From the IMG/VR virus record IMGVR_UViG_3300027805_000007: a stretch of DNA of 64,000 bases; one strand, written 5' to 3'. The stretch is from an uncultured virus (IMG/VR IMGVR_UViG_3300027805_000007). Its lineage: Duplodnaviria > Heunggongvirae > Uroviricota > Caudoviricetes. This document shows positions 7,399-16,389 of this stretch, piece after piece (position 1 is the first letter of the stretch; each line of letters starts with the position of its first letter). The translations under genes were made by a program, and so were the position numbers. The notes under the pieces were generated by a model that saw nothing but the letters and a program-made list of their open reading frames with translations, ran no database searches and was not told where the DNA came from.

Positions 7399-9476
7399 TT
7401 AGCGTCTGCCCAGTTATGAGCGACATTGCATGACACCCGTAGCGGTACGCCTTTGAGGATGACGCCGTCACCCATTGCTTCCATAAATCGTGGCATGATT
7501 GCCTCCCATGAGTCTTCTGGTACTGCGGTCACGATTTCGTCATGAACCTGGACCAACATCCTAGTATCAGTTCCTCGTAGGGCTTTTTCAATGTCAATCA
7601 TGGCAATCTTGCAGATGTCAGCCGCACTACCTTGGACTACGGCGTTAACAGCCTGTCTCTCTGCTCTGGAGCGCTTCTCATCGTCTGTGGACTTAATATC
7701 GGGCAAATGGCGCCTACGCCCCGTTAAAGTCGTTACATAGCCTTTAGCACGGGCTTGGGACACCACATGGCGCTTCCACTGGGTCAATCCTGCAAACTGC
7801 TCGTAATAGCGGTTGATCATGTACTTGGCACGCTCTTCAGGAATCCCTGTGGTGCGAGCCAGTTTCATATAACCACCGCCGTAAGCGGTCAAGAAGTTCA
7901 CACCTTTACCAATCTGGCGTTCGTCATCAGTTACCTCGGTAACGTCCTTGCCAAACAATAAAGCCGCCGCACCAGCATGAATGTCAATGTTGTTATTAAA
8001 AATGTAAATTAACTCAGGATCCTTGGAGAACATCGCCATAACTCGGAGTTCAATCTGGTCGTAGTCAGCCACCAGCATGGTGTATCCCTCAGGGGCTGTA
8101 AATAAACTACGGATACTGGACTCTCGTGGGATGTTCTGTAGATTTGGGTTAGACGATGACAGACGCCCTGTTGCAGTTCGGTGCAAATTGAATGAAGGAT
8201 GCAGGCGCCCTTTGGACAATTTAGGCAATAAGCCGTCAACATATGTTGATTTAAGTTTCTGCGTTTCTGACCACTGCAATAGCAAAGTAATGGCTGGGTG
8301 CTTTGACTCAAGACGCTTTAGTGACTCTTCGTCAACGGATGGGGCGCCACCTTTTGTTTCTTTAAATGGTTTTAGTCCCAGTCCACCCTCACGCTTTTTA
8401 TTAAACAAAAAGACTTGCTTGTGCTTGGTGGAATCAGGGTTAAAGCCCACAGGTGCGTACTTAGACAATTCCAACAAGATGTCTCGCATCTTGCCATCTA
8501 GTTCTTTACCTAGGCTTTTGAGGCGGTACTGATCAACAGGGATGCCTTCGTTTTCCATGAGCATGAGCACACGAAGCACTTCAGAGTCCTGTACAACAAC
8601 ACGCTGTAGATCAGCGTGATGCTTTAAGTAACTAGATAGGCGCTCATAAAGCATCCAAGTCCAACGAGCATCAAGATGTACATAGCGAGCCGCCACGTCA
8701 AATGGCACCTCGTCAATGATCTTGCCCAACTTACCTTCACGGGAGTATGCGTTGTGCTTGTCGTAATTTTGTTGAATGAGACTCTCTAACGAGTATGACA
8801 TCATGTTCTCATTAATAGCGTGTTGCAAAAGCATGGTGTCTCGGTATGGACCATCGGGTACGGTGCCGTAGTACTTGCTTAGTGAGCGAGCGTCAAACTT
8901 TACGTTGTGCCCTACTTTAATGAGGTCACTAAAAAACAAGGGGCGAAGCGCTTCCAACACAACTGAGCGAGACAACTGCTCGGGCACTGGTGAATACTGC
9001 GCTGGGATGTGGTACTTGGCTTTAGCAGTGGACTCTTGACCGTTCTTGAGAACCTTACGGTAACCCTCAGGTGGTACGGTACTGCCATCACCAATCTCTT
9101 CAGGCACCAAGATAGTGCCATGGCTGTGACCCATAGGGATTGCCCACGACTGTCCTTTGGTAGCGATACCAATCCAAAACACCTCATTGCGCAATGGGTC
9201 AAGCGCCAGCATCTTGCGATAGTCACCTTCTATCTTCTCTCGTGCTTTACGAGCAATGTCTGGTGAAGCGCTCTTTAGTTTTGAGACGTGCGCTTTCCAT
9301 TCCGCTTCAATGTGCTCAAGAAGGTCGGGATGGCGATCAAGTACTCCACGGGTTTCAAGGTCAAATGCAAAAGCACCAGTGCCTTGGATAATGGAGACGA
9401 TTTCATGTAGTTCCTCGGTGGTAGACACAACATGGGGCGCTAGGCGCCCCATGTCATTATCTTTAATAGTTGTCAC
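7395..9476 (-). CDS. polA: Family A DNA polymerase (3'-5' exonuclease plus polymerase, no 5' nuclease)
   Basis: FDLET, GHNVKFD, YVHLDA; TATGRLSSSNPNLQNIP; DYDQIELR; RQIGKGVNFLTAYG (Phe at the 762-equivalent position); QVHDE. Confidence 0.96.
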   Translation of the reverse strand: MTTIKDNDMGRLAPHVVSTTEELHEIVSIIQGTGAFAFDLETRGVLDRHPDLLEHIEAEWKAHVSKLKSASPDIARKAREKIEGDYRKMLALDPLRNEVFWIGIATKGQSWAIPMGHSHGTILVPEEIGDGSTVPPEGYRKVLKNGQESTAKAKYHIPAQYSPVPEQLSRSVVLEALRPLFFSDLIKVGHNVKFDARSLSKYYGTVPDGPYRDTMLLQHAINENMMSYSLESLIQQNYDKHNAYSREGKLGKIIDEVPFDVAARYVHLDARWTWMLYERLSSYLKHHADLQRVVVQDSEVLRVLMLMENEGIPVDQYRLKSLGKELDGKMRDILLELSKYAPVGFNPDSTKHKQVFLFNKKREGGLGLKPFKETKGGAPSVDEESLKRLESKHPAITLLLQWSETQKLKSTYVDGLLPKLSKGRLHPSFNLHRTATGRLSSSNPNLQNIPRESSIRSLFTAPEGYTMLVADYDQIELRVMAMFSKDPELIYIFNNNIDIHAGAAALLFGKDVTEVTDDERQIGKGVNFLTAYGGGYMKLARTTGIPEERAKYMINRYYEQFAGLTQWKRHVVSQARAKGYVTTLTGRRRHLPDIKSTDDEKRSRAERQAVNAVVQGSAADICKIAMIDIEKALRGTDTRMLVQVHDEIVTAVPEDSWEAIMPRFMEAMGDGVILKGVPLRVSCNVAHNWADAK
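9430..9454. promoter_or_regulatory. Perfect 11-bp hairpin at the polymerase 5' end
   Basis: ACATGGGGCGC-TAG-GCGCCCCATGT. Confidence 0.5.
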
Positions 9477-9479
9477 GGC

Positions 9480-10208
9480 TTAGTTGTTAAAGCCGAGTTC
9501 TTCTGATGCGATCTGCATCAAGTCACGCTTTGAAGGCACCTGAATGATGTCTTCTGTGTACGCAGTTTCTGAGAACTCTGCAAGTTGATCTGCGGTAAGT
9601 GCGGACAAGCCCCACTCCTCAAGATCTGATGCCTTAACCATCTGAAGCAAGGTGGACGAGGTTGCGCCCTTACCTGTGCGTGAGATTGCCCAGTAGTGCT
9701 TGTCCAACGGACCAGTGCGGTCTGAGTTGTGAAAGTTCTTCAACTGATCAATCACTCGTGGACCAATCTCCAACGAACGGAGCGCTGGCTCTTCACCTTC
9801 GGTAAGGAGTGCAACGTTGAAGTTGTGGCGCTTGGATGGGCGGTTGCCTGCTTTGCAAAGTGGGCAGTCCTCACCAATGCAAACGAATGACTTCTGACCA
9901 GAACGCTCAAGCCAGTGCTGACCATACGAAGCGTATGGGGCGTCACCGATAAAGCGAATGATCTGAGTGTCTTCGGTCAACTTAAGACGGACAGCGTAGT
10001 CACTGTTACCAGTCTTTACGGAATCAACACCGCTCCAACCACTGCGAACAACACGGCGTGCTTTTGGTGAGGCTTCGCCGTCTTCTTCAAGAACGATCGC
10101 TGGTCGTGGATTGCGTGTGATTTCTACATTGCCAGTTGCTTGTGCTGGCTTCTTGCGGACGACTGGTTGGAATTCCTGTTCGTCATCTTCAAATTCATTG
10201 AATGGCAT
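9480..10208 (-). CDS. Single-stranded DNA-binding protein (gp32-like)
   Basis: IRF..QHW..FVCIGEDCPLC pattern; ISRTGKGATS; position upstream of the polymerase. Confidence 0.7.
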   Translation of the reverse strand: MPFNEFEDDEQEFQPVVRKKPAQATGNVEITRNPRPAIVLEEDGEASPKARRVVRSGWSGVDSVKTGNSDYAVRLKLTEDTQIIRFIGDAPYASYGQHWLERSGQKSFVCIGEDCPLCKAGNRPSKRHNFNVALLTEGEEPALRSLEIGPRVIDQLKNFHNSDRTGPLDKHYWAISRTGKGATSSTLLQMVKASDLEEWGLSALTADQLAEFSETAYTEDIIQVPSKRDLMQIASEELGFNN

Positions 10209-10226
10209 CGTTTTTCCTTCGTGTGT

Positions 10227-10664
10227 TTATTTTGGATAATTGCTTCTTACGTGATTTCTAAATGAGTCCCATTGAGGACTTGTCGTGTTGAGGCGAAATC
10301 GCTCCAACGCTTCAAGCAGGAACTCTACCTGTTCAAGGCTGTATAACCTACGTCCTTGGACACTTTTGTCAGGAATTTGTACACCCTTTGGTTTAGGCGT
10401 ACGGTACGTGGCTTTTGGTATCCAACCACGTGATTCCCACATGCGAAGCGTAACAGGACGGCGTCCCAACGCTTTAGCAAGTTCACCAATGCTAAAGAAC
10501 AACTTGTCTTCACCATTGACTTTAAAACTCTTTCCTTTGGCACCGTTGAGTCGGTCGTTGATACCGAGATCGTTAGTGCGCTTAGTTGTCGGTCTGTTTT
10601 TAGGCGCACGCTTACCTGGAAAGTCAGGCAGGTCACCAAACATCTCCAAGGCTTTATCGGTCAT
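10227..10664 (-). CDS. MerR-type HTH DNA-binding protein
   Basis: FSIGELAKALGRRPVTLRMWESRGWIP...GRRLYS; ATGA overlap supports start at 10664. Confidence 0.8.
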   Translation of the reverse strand: MTDKALEMFGDLPDFPGKRAPKNRPTTKRTNDLGINDRLNGAKGKSFKVNGEDKLFFSIGELAKALGRRPVTLRMWESRGWIPKATYRTPKPKGVQIPDKSVQGRRLYSLEQVEFLLEALERFRLNTTSPQWDSFRNHVRSNYPK

Positions 10665-11092
10665 GCTTTGAATGCCCAAGTCTCTTTCTCAGTGTAGAAG
10701 GCACTTACAGTGTCCATGTAATCCTTGTTCTCCCATGCGAGGCGAAGCAAGTTGGCTTCACTGGTTACCTCTACAACTTCTTTGACTTCATCCCACAAAC
10801 CATTTGCTTTAGCCCATGCTTCAGCAGATGCAAGATCAAATGAACGAGCAACACGGCGCTCACGCTTTAGTTCGTAAGAACCAACTTTGAGCCACTGGTG
10901 TCCTTTGTCGTCACTGTAACCAAAGGTTGTCACAGCCTCGGTAAGTTGCTTTTTCATTTCGTTGTGGCGCTTCTCCAGAATTTCAATAGTCTCTTTGGAC
11001 TTCTTGAATTCTTCTGCAAGGCGCTCTAGGTGCATCTCATCAAAGTTCTCAATGATGGAGTCTTGCGGTTTCTCTCTCTTTACTGTTGCCAT
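10661..11092 (-). CDS. Hypothetical coiled-coil protein
   Basis: GGAGG RBS; 143 aa; operon packing. Confidence 0.75.
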   Translation of the reverse strand: MATVKREKPQDSIIENFDEMHLERLAEEFKKSKETIEILEKRHNEMKKQLTEAVTTFGYSDDKGHQWLKVGSYELKRERRVARSFDLASAEAWAKANGLWDEVKEVVEVTSEANLLRLAWENKDYMDTVSAFYTEKETWAFKA

Positions 11093-11094
11093 AT

Positions 11095-12654
11095 TTATAC
11101 CTCCGAGTTTGATAAAAAGTCAGACAAGGTACCAATCGTTAATTCGTACTTTCCCTGACTGTCGTAGTTGCCATCAATAAAGGCTTCGTTAATACCCCGC
11201 TTCTGTTGAAGCATTTCGTATTGACGTTCCTCAATTGATCCCTTCATAACGAAGGATGCAACTGTAACATGGGGGTGTACTGAAGACAACCTAATGATTC
11301 GGGCTTCCCGCTGATCCAGTTTTCCAGCGCTCCATGGCAGGTCATAAGAGATGAGGTAGTTGGCGTTGGGCAAGTCCACGCCGTAGCCACCAGCGTCTGA
11401 CGATAGGAACAGGCGGGTATGCGGGTCAGTAGCAAACTGTTGTTTGGCGGCGTCTCGCTCTTCGGCGGTCATACCGCCCATGAACAGCACGCTGTTGGTG
11501 GTTGACGCCATAGCCTCTTGTATGAGTTTAAGGTTTCGTTTAAAGAATGAAAAGAGAACAACCTTGCTGGTCGTATCACTGTCAAGGATGTTCTTGATGT
11601 ATTCCATAACCGACTCTAACTTTGGTGACTTTGCTGTCTCACTCAACCAACCTAGTTTGATGATGTTGTCTGCATAGAGACTTCCTGTGGAGCCACCAGT
11701 GGTTCGGTAGTTTTGGGCAGATTCATACACAAGCGCTGGGTTGTCACAGAGCATACGAAGAATGGTGAGGCGGGACATAATCTGCCCTTGTGCCTCACCA
11801 CCCTTGTCTCCCCCGTTGTAATGAGACCACAGATCAAAACCACGTCCGTGTTGACTAATGGCGTTTTGTATCTCCTTTACAAGGTCTTTAGTAATTGCAC
11901 GGTATGCATTAGCACCAGCAGTATCAAATACAACTGGGATGAGTTGGTGCACAACTTTAGGAAGTTGGTCAGCGATGTCGGCACGGGTCTTGCGTACCAT
12001 TACCTCGGTCAGGCTTTCTTGCAGGCTCTTTAGGTTGCGATAGCGAACTGGCTTACCAAAGTGGTCACGCTGGATGAAGGTGCGGTCAAAGATGTCAAAG
12101 CGACCAAGCACTGTCTTGTCAACAAACTCCATAATAGAAAACAGTTCTTCTGGCTTGTTTTCAATTGGCTGACCTGTTAATGCAAAGCGATAGTGGCACT
12201 TGGAACCAAGGCGCTTAAGTAACTTGGAACGTTTTGCTTTTGGTGACTTAATGATGGTTGCTTCGTCAATCACCATGGCGTTGCACTTCAGCGCCAAGAA
12301 CTCTTTCTCATCATTAACCAACATCTCAGGGTTGACAATGACGTACTTGCACATACGTGCCATGCGCCAAAGGTTTGCACGAGCCGCTTTAGAGCCATCA
12401 ATAACAATTGCTTTAGAGTCTGTGAACTTCTTGATTTCACGAAGCCACTGGAACTTCAATGATGATGGTACGACAATGGCAACACGATCAATCTCTTTGT
12501 TATCAAACAAGTGCTCTAGCGTTGAAAGAGTGGTTGGTGTCTTTCCAGCACCCATCACCATGGCAAGCAACATCTGACCACGGTCGCTCATGCGCTCCAT
12601 GGCTTCTTGTTGGAACGGGTACAGTTCGCCCTTAAAGGTCACGTCATCCACCAT
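11095..12654 (-). CDS. SNF2-family (SF2) helicase
   Basis: LYPFQ, MGAGKT, IDEA, LTGQPIEN, KVVLFS, AGGYGVDL, QREARIIR. Confidence 0.92.
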   Translation of the reverse strand: MVDDVTFKGELYPFQQEAMERMSDRGQMLLAMVMGAGKTPTTLSTLEHLFDNKEIDRVAIVVPSSLKFQWLREIKKFTDSKAIVIDGSKAARANLWRMARMCKYVIVNPEMLVNDEKEFLALKCNAMVIDEATIIKSPKAKRSKLLKRLGSKCHYRFALTGQPIENKPEELFSIMEFVDKTVLGRFDIFDRTFIQRDHFGKPVRYRNLKSLQESLTEVMVRKTRADIADQLPKVVHQLIPVVFDTAGANAYRAITKDLVKEIQNAISQHGRGFDLWSHYNGGDKGGEAQGQIMSRLTILRMLCDNPALVYESAQNYRTTGGSTGSLYADNIIKLGWLSETAKSPKLESVMEYIKNILDSDTTSKVVLFSFFKRNLKLIQEAMASTTNSVLFMGGMTAEERDAAKQQFATDPHTRLFLSSDAGGYGVDLPNANYLISYDLPWSAGKLDQREARIIRLSSVHPHVTVASFVMKGSIEERQYEMLQQKRGINEAFIDGNYDSQGKYELTIGTLSDFLSNSEV

Positions 12655-13562
12655 GGCAACACAGACGCATTACCTATTGCATAACTTACTTCATCGTCTG
12701 TCATATCGCCAATATCTTTTGCATCTGTCCGTGAATAATCTAACCAAAAGATACCACTGCGGAAGCGTGGGAGTGTCTTGAACAAAGTCTTTGCTGATTC
12801 AGTTCCTGCTTTATCGTGATCCATTGCGATTATCACACGATCTGCAACACTCACCAATATGTTGATTTGTTCTTTGCTTACATGAGCGCCAAACGTGGCG
12901 AGTGCTTGCATGCCCCCGAATGCAGATGCAAACCTCACCACGTCCAGCGGTGATTCAACAAGGACAGCAGTGCGTGACTGAAAACGCTCAATGCCAAAAA
13001 GAGTGTTGCTCTTCTTAACACCCGCAGGTTCATTGTTGAAATAATCAGGACCTTTTTCCTGCCAGCCCATAAGTTCTCCGAGTGGGGAAACAATAGGAAT
13101 GACCCATGCATGTTTACGCACGTTCCACTTAACTCCGTGCGCTAGTGCGACATCAGGATCTAGGTTGCGCTTAACGATCTCATGTAATGGTGGGTTCTCA
13201 TAGCGACTGTATGACACCCAGTCAACCTCTGGCTTGTACTCAACACGTTCTGGGGCGGTGAGACGGTTGATGCCTGTCTCAATCAGCAACTGATTAACAG
13301 CAGAGACGCTGTCAGGGTTACCTGTGAGTTCAGATACGAGCGAGGCAAGGGTTCCTTTACCACCGCATGAATGACAGATCCATAGACCTGTTTCTGAGTT
13401 CATTGACCATGATGGAGAACCATCTGCACGACCCGTGCGCTTCTCGTGTACTGGACAGCATCCTGAAATCTCTCGTCCATTTGTTCGGCGTACATCTACG
13501 CCAAGTTCTAAAAGAACGCTGTAGAGATCAGTAGTACCAGTTGTCATGATCGCCTGTGTCAT
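12639..13562 (-). CDS. DNA primase (CHC2 zinc finger plus TOPRIM)
   Basis: CPVH...WICHSCG; LVESPLD; MDHDKAG; KDIGD; start may be 13547. Confidence 0.9.
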   Translation of the reverse strand: MTQAIMTTGTTDLYSVLLELGVDVRRTNGREISGCCPVHEKRTGRADGSPSWSMNSETGLWICHSCGGKGTLASLVSELTGNPDSVSAVNQLLIETGINRLTAPERVEYKPEVDWVSYSRYENPPLHEIVKRNLDPDVALAHGVKWNVRKHAWVIPIVSPLGELMGWQEKGPDYFNNEPAGVKKSNTLFGIERFQSRTAVLVESPLDVVRFASAFGGMQALATFGAHVSKEQINILVSVADRVIIAMDHDKAGTESAKTLFKTLPRFRSGIFWLDYSRTDAKDIGDMTDDEVSYAIGNASVLPWWMT

Positions 13563-14784
13563 TTTCGTCTACCTCCGTGAAATTCATTGTGTCCCAATCC
13601 CATTTGATTCTTACTTCTCCCTTTGGGGATGAGCGGGACAAAATTACTCTGATGATTGCTTGGTTGTCTACATCGGGGTCTGACTCAACGCCCAACACAA
13701 GGTCTGAGTCTTGTGCAAATGATGAGGTATATCCGATTGCTTCCGCAGTAATTTGACGTGACTTCTTGTTACCAAGTTTCCACGACAGCACCTGCGTAGT
13801 TCCGATGATAGGGATATCAAAGCGCTGTGCCAACCTCTTTAATGCTCGTGTGATATTTGTCAGTGCTTGAGGTGAACCTTTTGGTTCTCCGTTTTCATCG
13901 TCCATCAAATACACACCGTCAACGATGAGCAAGCGTGGTCGGTGCTGTTGTACTTTTCCAGCAAGTGCGCTTACTGTAGTTAATGAGTGCGCATCTTCTG
14001 TCATGATGAATGGTTGCATGTTCTTACGGATACTAAGTGCCTTGCTTAATTTCTCCATGTCACTTGCAGTCAAATCACCTCGGATGATCCGTGTATGAGG
14101 AATACCTGAGATGATGGCGTCATAACGAGCCGCTTGTTCTTCAATACTCATTTCAAATGAAACATACATTGGCGTGATGCCGTGGTTGTGAGCCGCATCA
14201 GCCATGATCAAGGTCATTAATGATTTACCTTTTTTTGCTTCACCAACGAACGTAACCAACTGCTGAGGCCGAAGACCAGCAGTGATCCGATCAAGACCCA
14301 AGAAGCCTGTCGGAATGCCACGTAGACCGTTCGGGGTGTTACGCATTTCTTCATATTTTGCTAACCGTCCTTCCCACGATTGCGTGAGGTCAACGTCTCG
14401 TAGTCGTGCAACCTCTACTGATGCTTTTTGTAAACCTTCTGACAGTTTGTTGAATGCTTCTTCTGTCTCGTTGTTGTTCAGTGCTGGTAGTGCAGATGTA
14501 ATTGCTTGCACCAAGTGCTGTTGTTTGTAGGCAATGTAGATCTCATCAATGAGCGCCTGGAATGGTTCATTCTCTGCGTTGAGCAAACGAACATCTGCGT
14601 ACTCTTGTTTAAACGCACGAGCCGTTGGAATAGTGCTGTATTCACGCCAGTAGTTAAGAACCCATAGCCAGATGTCAGACCACTCACCGCTGAAGTGCTC
14701 GGGGCGAATACCTGCATCAATGACTTCGCTGAGGTCTGAGGTTTGGATTACCTTACTGATTAAGAGATGTTCAGTTGATGCCAT
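13528..14784 (-). CDS. dnaB: DnaB-like replicative helicase
   Basis: GIPTGF..LD, GEAKKGKS, SFEMS, LIVDG, LKRLA..TQ, AQDSD. Confidence 0.93.
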   Translation of the reverse strand: MASTEHLLISKVIQTSDLSEVIDAGIRPEHFSGEWSDIWLWVLNYWREYSTIPTARAFKQEYADVRLLNAENEPFQALIDEIYIAYKQQHLVQAITSALPALNNNETEEAFNKLSEGLQKASVEVARLRDVDLTQSWEGRLAKYEEMRNTPNGLRGIPTGFLGLDRITAGLRPQQLVTFVGEAKKGKSLMTLIMADAAHNHGITPMYVSFEMSIEEQAARYDAIISGIPHTRIIRGDLTASDMEKLSKALSIRKNMQPFIMTEDAHSLTTVSALAGKVQQHRPRLLIVDGVYLMDDENGEPKGSPQALTNITRALKRLAQRFDIPIIGTTQVLSWKLGNKKSRQITAEAIGYTSSFAQDSDLVLGVESDPDVDNQAIIRVILSRSSPKGEVRIKWDWDTMNFTEVDENDTGDHDNWYY

Positions 14785-15224
14785 TAGAGAACCCAAGCGC
14801 TAGTAGGAGGTGTGACTGTTGCACGCATCCCAAGCACTGAGGCTTGTTCTTTGTGCGGAACGAAGATTGTACGAATTGCTCGCTTGAAACGCAAGTCATA
14901 TTCCAAATCTTCTACCGCTTTGTAGTAAAGAACGGGAACAGAAATATCTTTGCGAAATAAGAATTGTTCAATTGCAGGCACAGCATCAGGATGTAAGAAA
15001 GTAAATACTTCTGCTCCTATGCCCAACCGATTGGTTGTGTCGTACAGCGCTTTCAATGGCATGTCGTTTGGCTTCCATTGTTCAATGACACGGTTCCAAT
15101 TGTTGCGTGCCTGATACAACGATGCACCTAGTGCTTTTAATTTTACAGGTGGTGTAGCAAGAAGGTCTTCAAACACCACTCCGAATCCGATGTAGTCGTA
15201 AGACTGAATATCGTTACCGAGCAT
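14784..15224 (-). CDS. Hypothetical protein (possibly a degenerate HAD-like fold)
   Basis: 146 aa; TAATG coupling on both sides. Confidence 0.7.
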   Translation of the reverse strand: MLGNDIQSYDYIGFGVVFEDLLATPPVKLKALGASLYQARNNWNRVIEQWKPNDMPLKALYDTTNRLGIGAEVFTFLHPDAVPAIEQFLFRKDISVPVLYYKAVEDLEYDLRFKRAIRTIFVPHKEQASVLGMRATVTPPTSAWVL

Positions 15225-15856
15225 TAATCCCTCGTTCTGTAGTCTTCACCAGTTACACCAACCATGAAGCATGACTGCTTAATGATGGAGTGAACTCGTG
15301 GACTGTAGATCGCTGGAAGTTTGTCAGGAATAATCTCAGTTGTAAAGATTGTTGGCAATTGCATCTCGTAGCGAGACTCAATCATGTTTGACACCGTCTT
15401 TGCCATGTACTCAGTTAAGCGGTCGGCGTTCAAGTTGTCAATTACAACGATGTCATAAACACGTCGCATGTACTTAAGTAGATTTGGATCGCCGTACATC
15501 TCTGGCAGTTCACCGTCATTGTTGCGAGAGTCATGAACCATCTCAGTGAATATGTCATAAGACAAGAACAGTCCACTTAATTGCTTTGTTGAGATGATCT
15601 GGTTAAGTGCAGAAACTGCCATGTGAGTTTTACCAAGACCAGTCTTACCGTAAATGTACAAACCCATTCCATCTTCCATGCGCTTGTCAATGCTTGTAGA
15701 CCATTTCTCTACAGCACTTTTGAATGCTGGAGAACCTTCCTCTTCGTCATAGTTCTCAAACGTGCAAGTCTTATAGCGAGGTGGAACACGTAGGTTGCGC
15801 ACTCGCTCTTCTACTGGACGGTTGCGCCAGTACTTATTACTCTTCCAGTCAGTCAT
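15224..15856 (-). CDS. DnaC/IstB-like AAA+ helicase loader
   Basis: PPRYKTCTFENY, GLYIYGKTGLGKTH, IVVIDNL, RYEMQLPTIFTT, GEDYR; start taken at ATG 15856. Confidence 0.88.
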   Translation of the reverse strand: MTDWKSNKYWRNRPVEERVRNLRVPPRYKTCTFENYDEEEGSPAFKSAVEKWSTSIDKRMEDGMGLYIYGKTGLGKTHMAVSALNQIISTKQLSGLFLSYDIFTEMVHDSRNNDGELPEMYGDPNLLKYMRRVYDIVVIDNLNADRLTEYMAKTVSNMIESRYEMQLPTIFTTEIIPDKLPAIYSPRVHSIIKQSCFMVGVTGEDYRTRD

Positions 15857-15863
15857 GGTGTAC

Positions 15864-16037
15864 TTATGCTCGTTTCTTATACACGGGGGTTTGCATGTTA
15901 CAGCCAATGCTTGAGAAATGCATCGCATAATCTTCTGGTCGCATAAAAAGAACCCCACAACCAAGGCAACGAACTGCTAATAGTTTTTTATTCTCCGATG
16001 AGACGGGGGTCAATGGAGGTTGTTGTTGGTTCAACAT
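15864..16037 (-). CDS. 57-aa C2HC zinc-finger protein (MLNQQQPPL...RCLGCGVLFMRPEDYAMHFSSIGCN...), absent from the ORF track
   Basis: C-x2-C-x3-F-x5-Y-x2-H-x5-C; AAGGA upstream of ATG; fills the gap before the loader gene. Confidence 0.6.
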   Translation of the reverse strand: MLNQQQPPLTPVSSENKKLLAVRCLGCGVLFMRPEDYAMHFSSIGCNMQTPVYKKRA

Positions 16038-16389
16038 CGTTAGTCATCCTTTGCTGTTTTGCGTATTTATCTAAATTCGCAAGGAACGCTCTCCATGGTG
16101 CCACTTCTATTGGCAATGGTCGGCGTGTGATCTCCTTAACGAAGTCCAAGATCATCTCACGAATCTGTTCGTTTGTAAAGCCTTTGTCTGTAAGTTTCTT
16201 AAACCCTTTCATCATGGCGGGACCATTTACAGGGGCGGTGATTCTCATCAGGTTCTCGGTTGGCAAACTGTCACGAAAGAAATGAACTAGAGAGCCTCGG
16301 GAATCTTGGCGCATCTGTTTTGGGGCTGGTTCTTTTCTATCGGGGTCTTCGCCTAAACCAGTTCCCCAGTCGTCAAATTGTTTCTTCAT
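15988..16389 (-). CDS. Hypothetical protein, possible C-terminal partner of the replication initiator
   Basis: Located between the HTH initiator and the loader. Confidence 0.7.
   Translation of the reverse strand: MKKQFDDWGTGLGEDPDRKEPAPKQMRQDSRGSLVHFFRDSLPTENLMRITAPVNGPAMMKGFKKLTDKGFTNEQIREMILDFVKEITRRPLPIEVAPWRAFLANLDKYAKQQRMTNDVEPTTTSIDPRLIGE

Noticed and set aside
8950..9345. Intein or intron in polA
   Set aside because: Inserts are short, lack Cys/Ser-start and His-Asn-end motifs, and the frame is continuous
15857..15964. N-terminal extension of the loader from TTG 15964
   Set aside because: The region is better explained by the zinc-finger ORF in another frame; the loader-like sequence starts at ATG 15856
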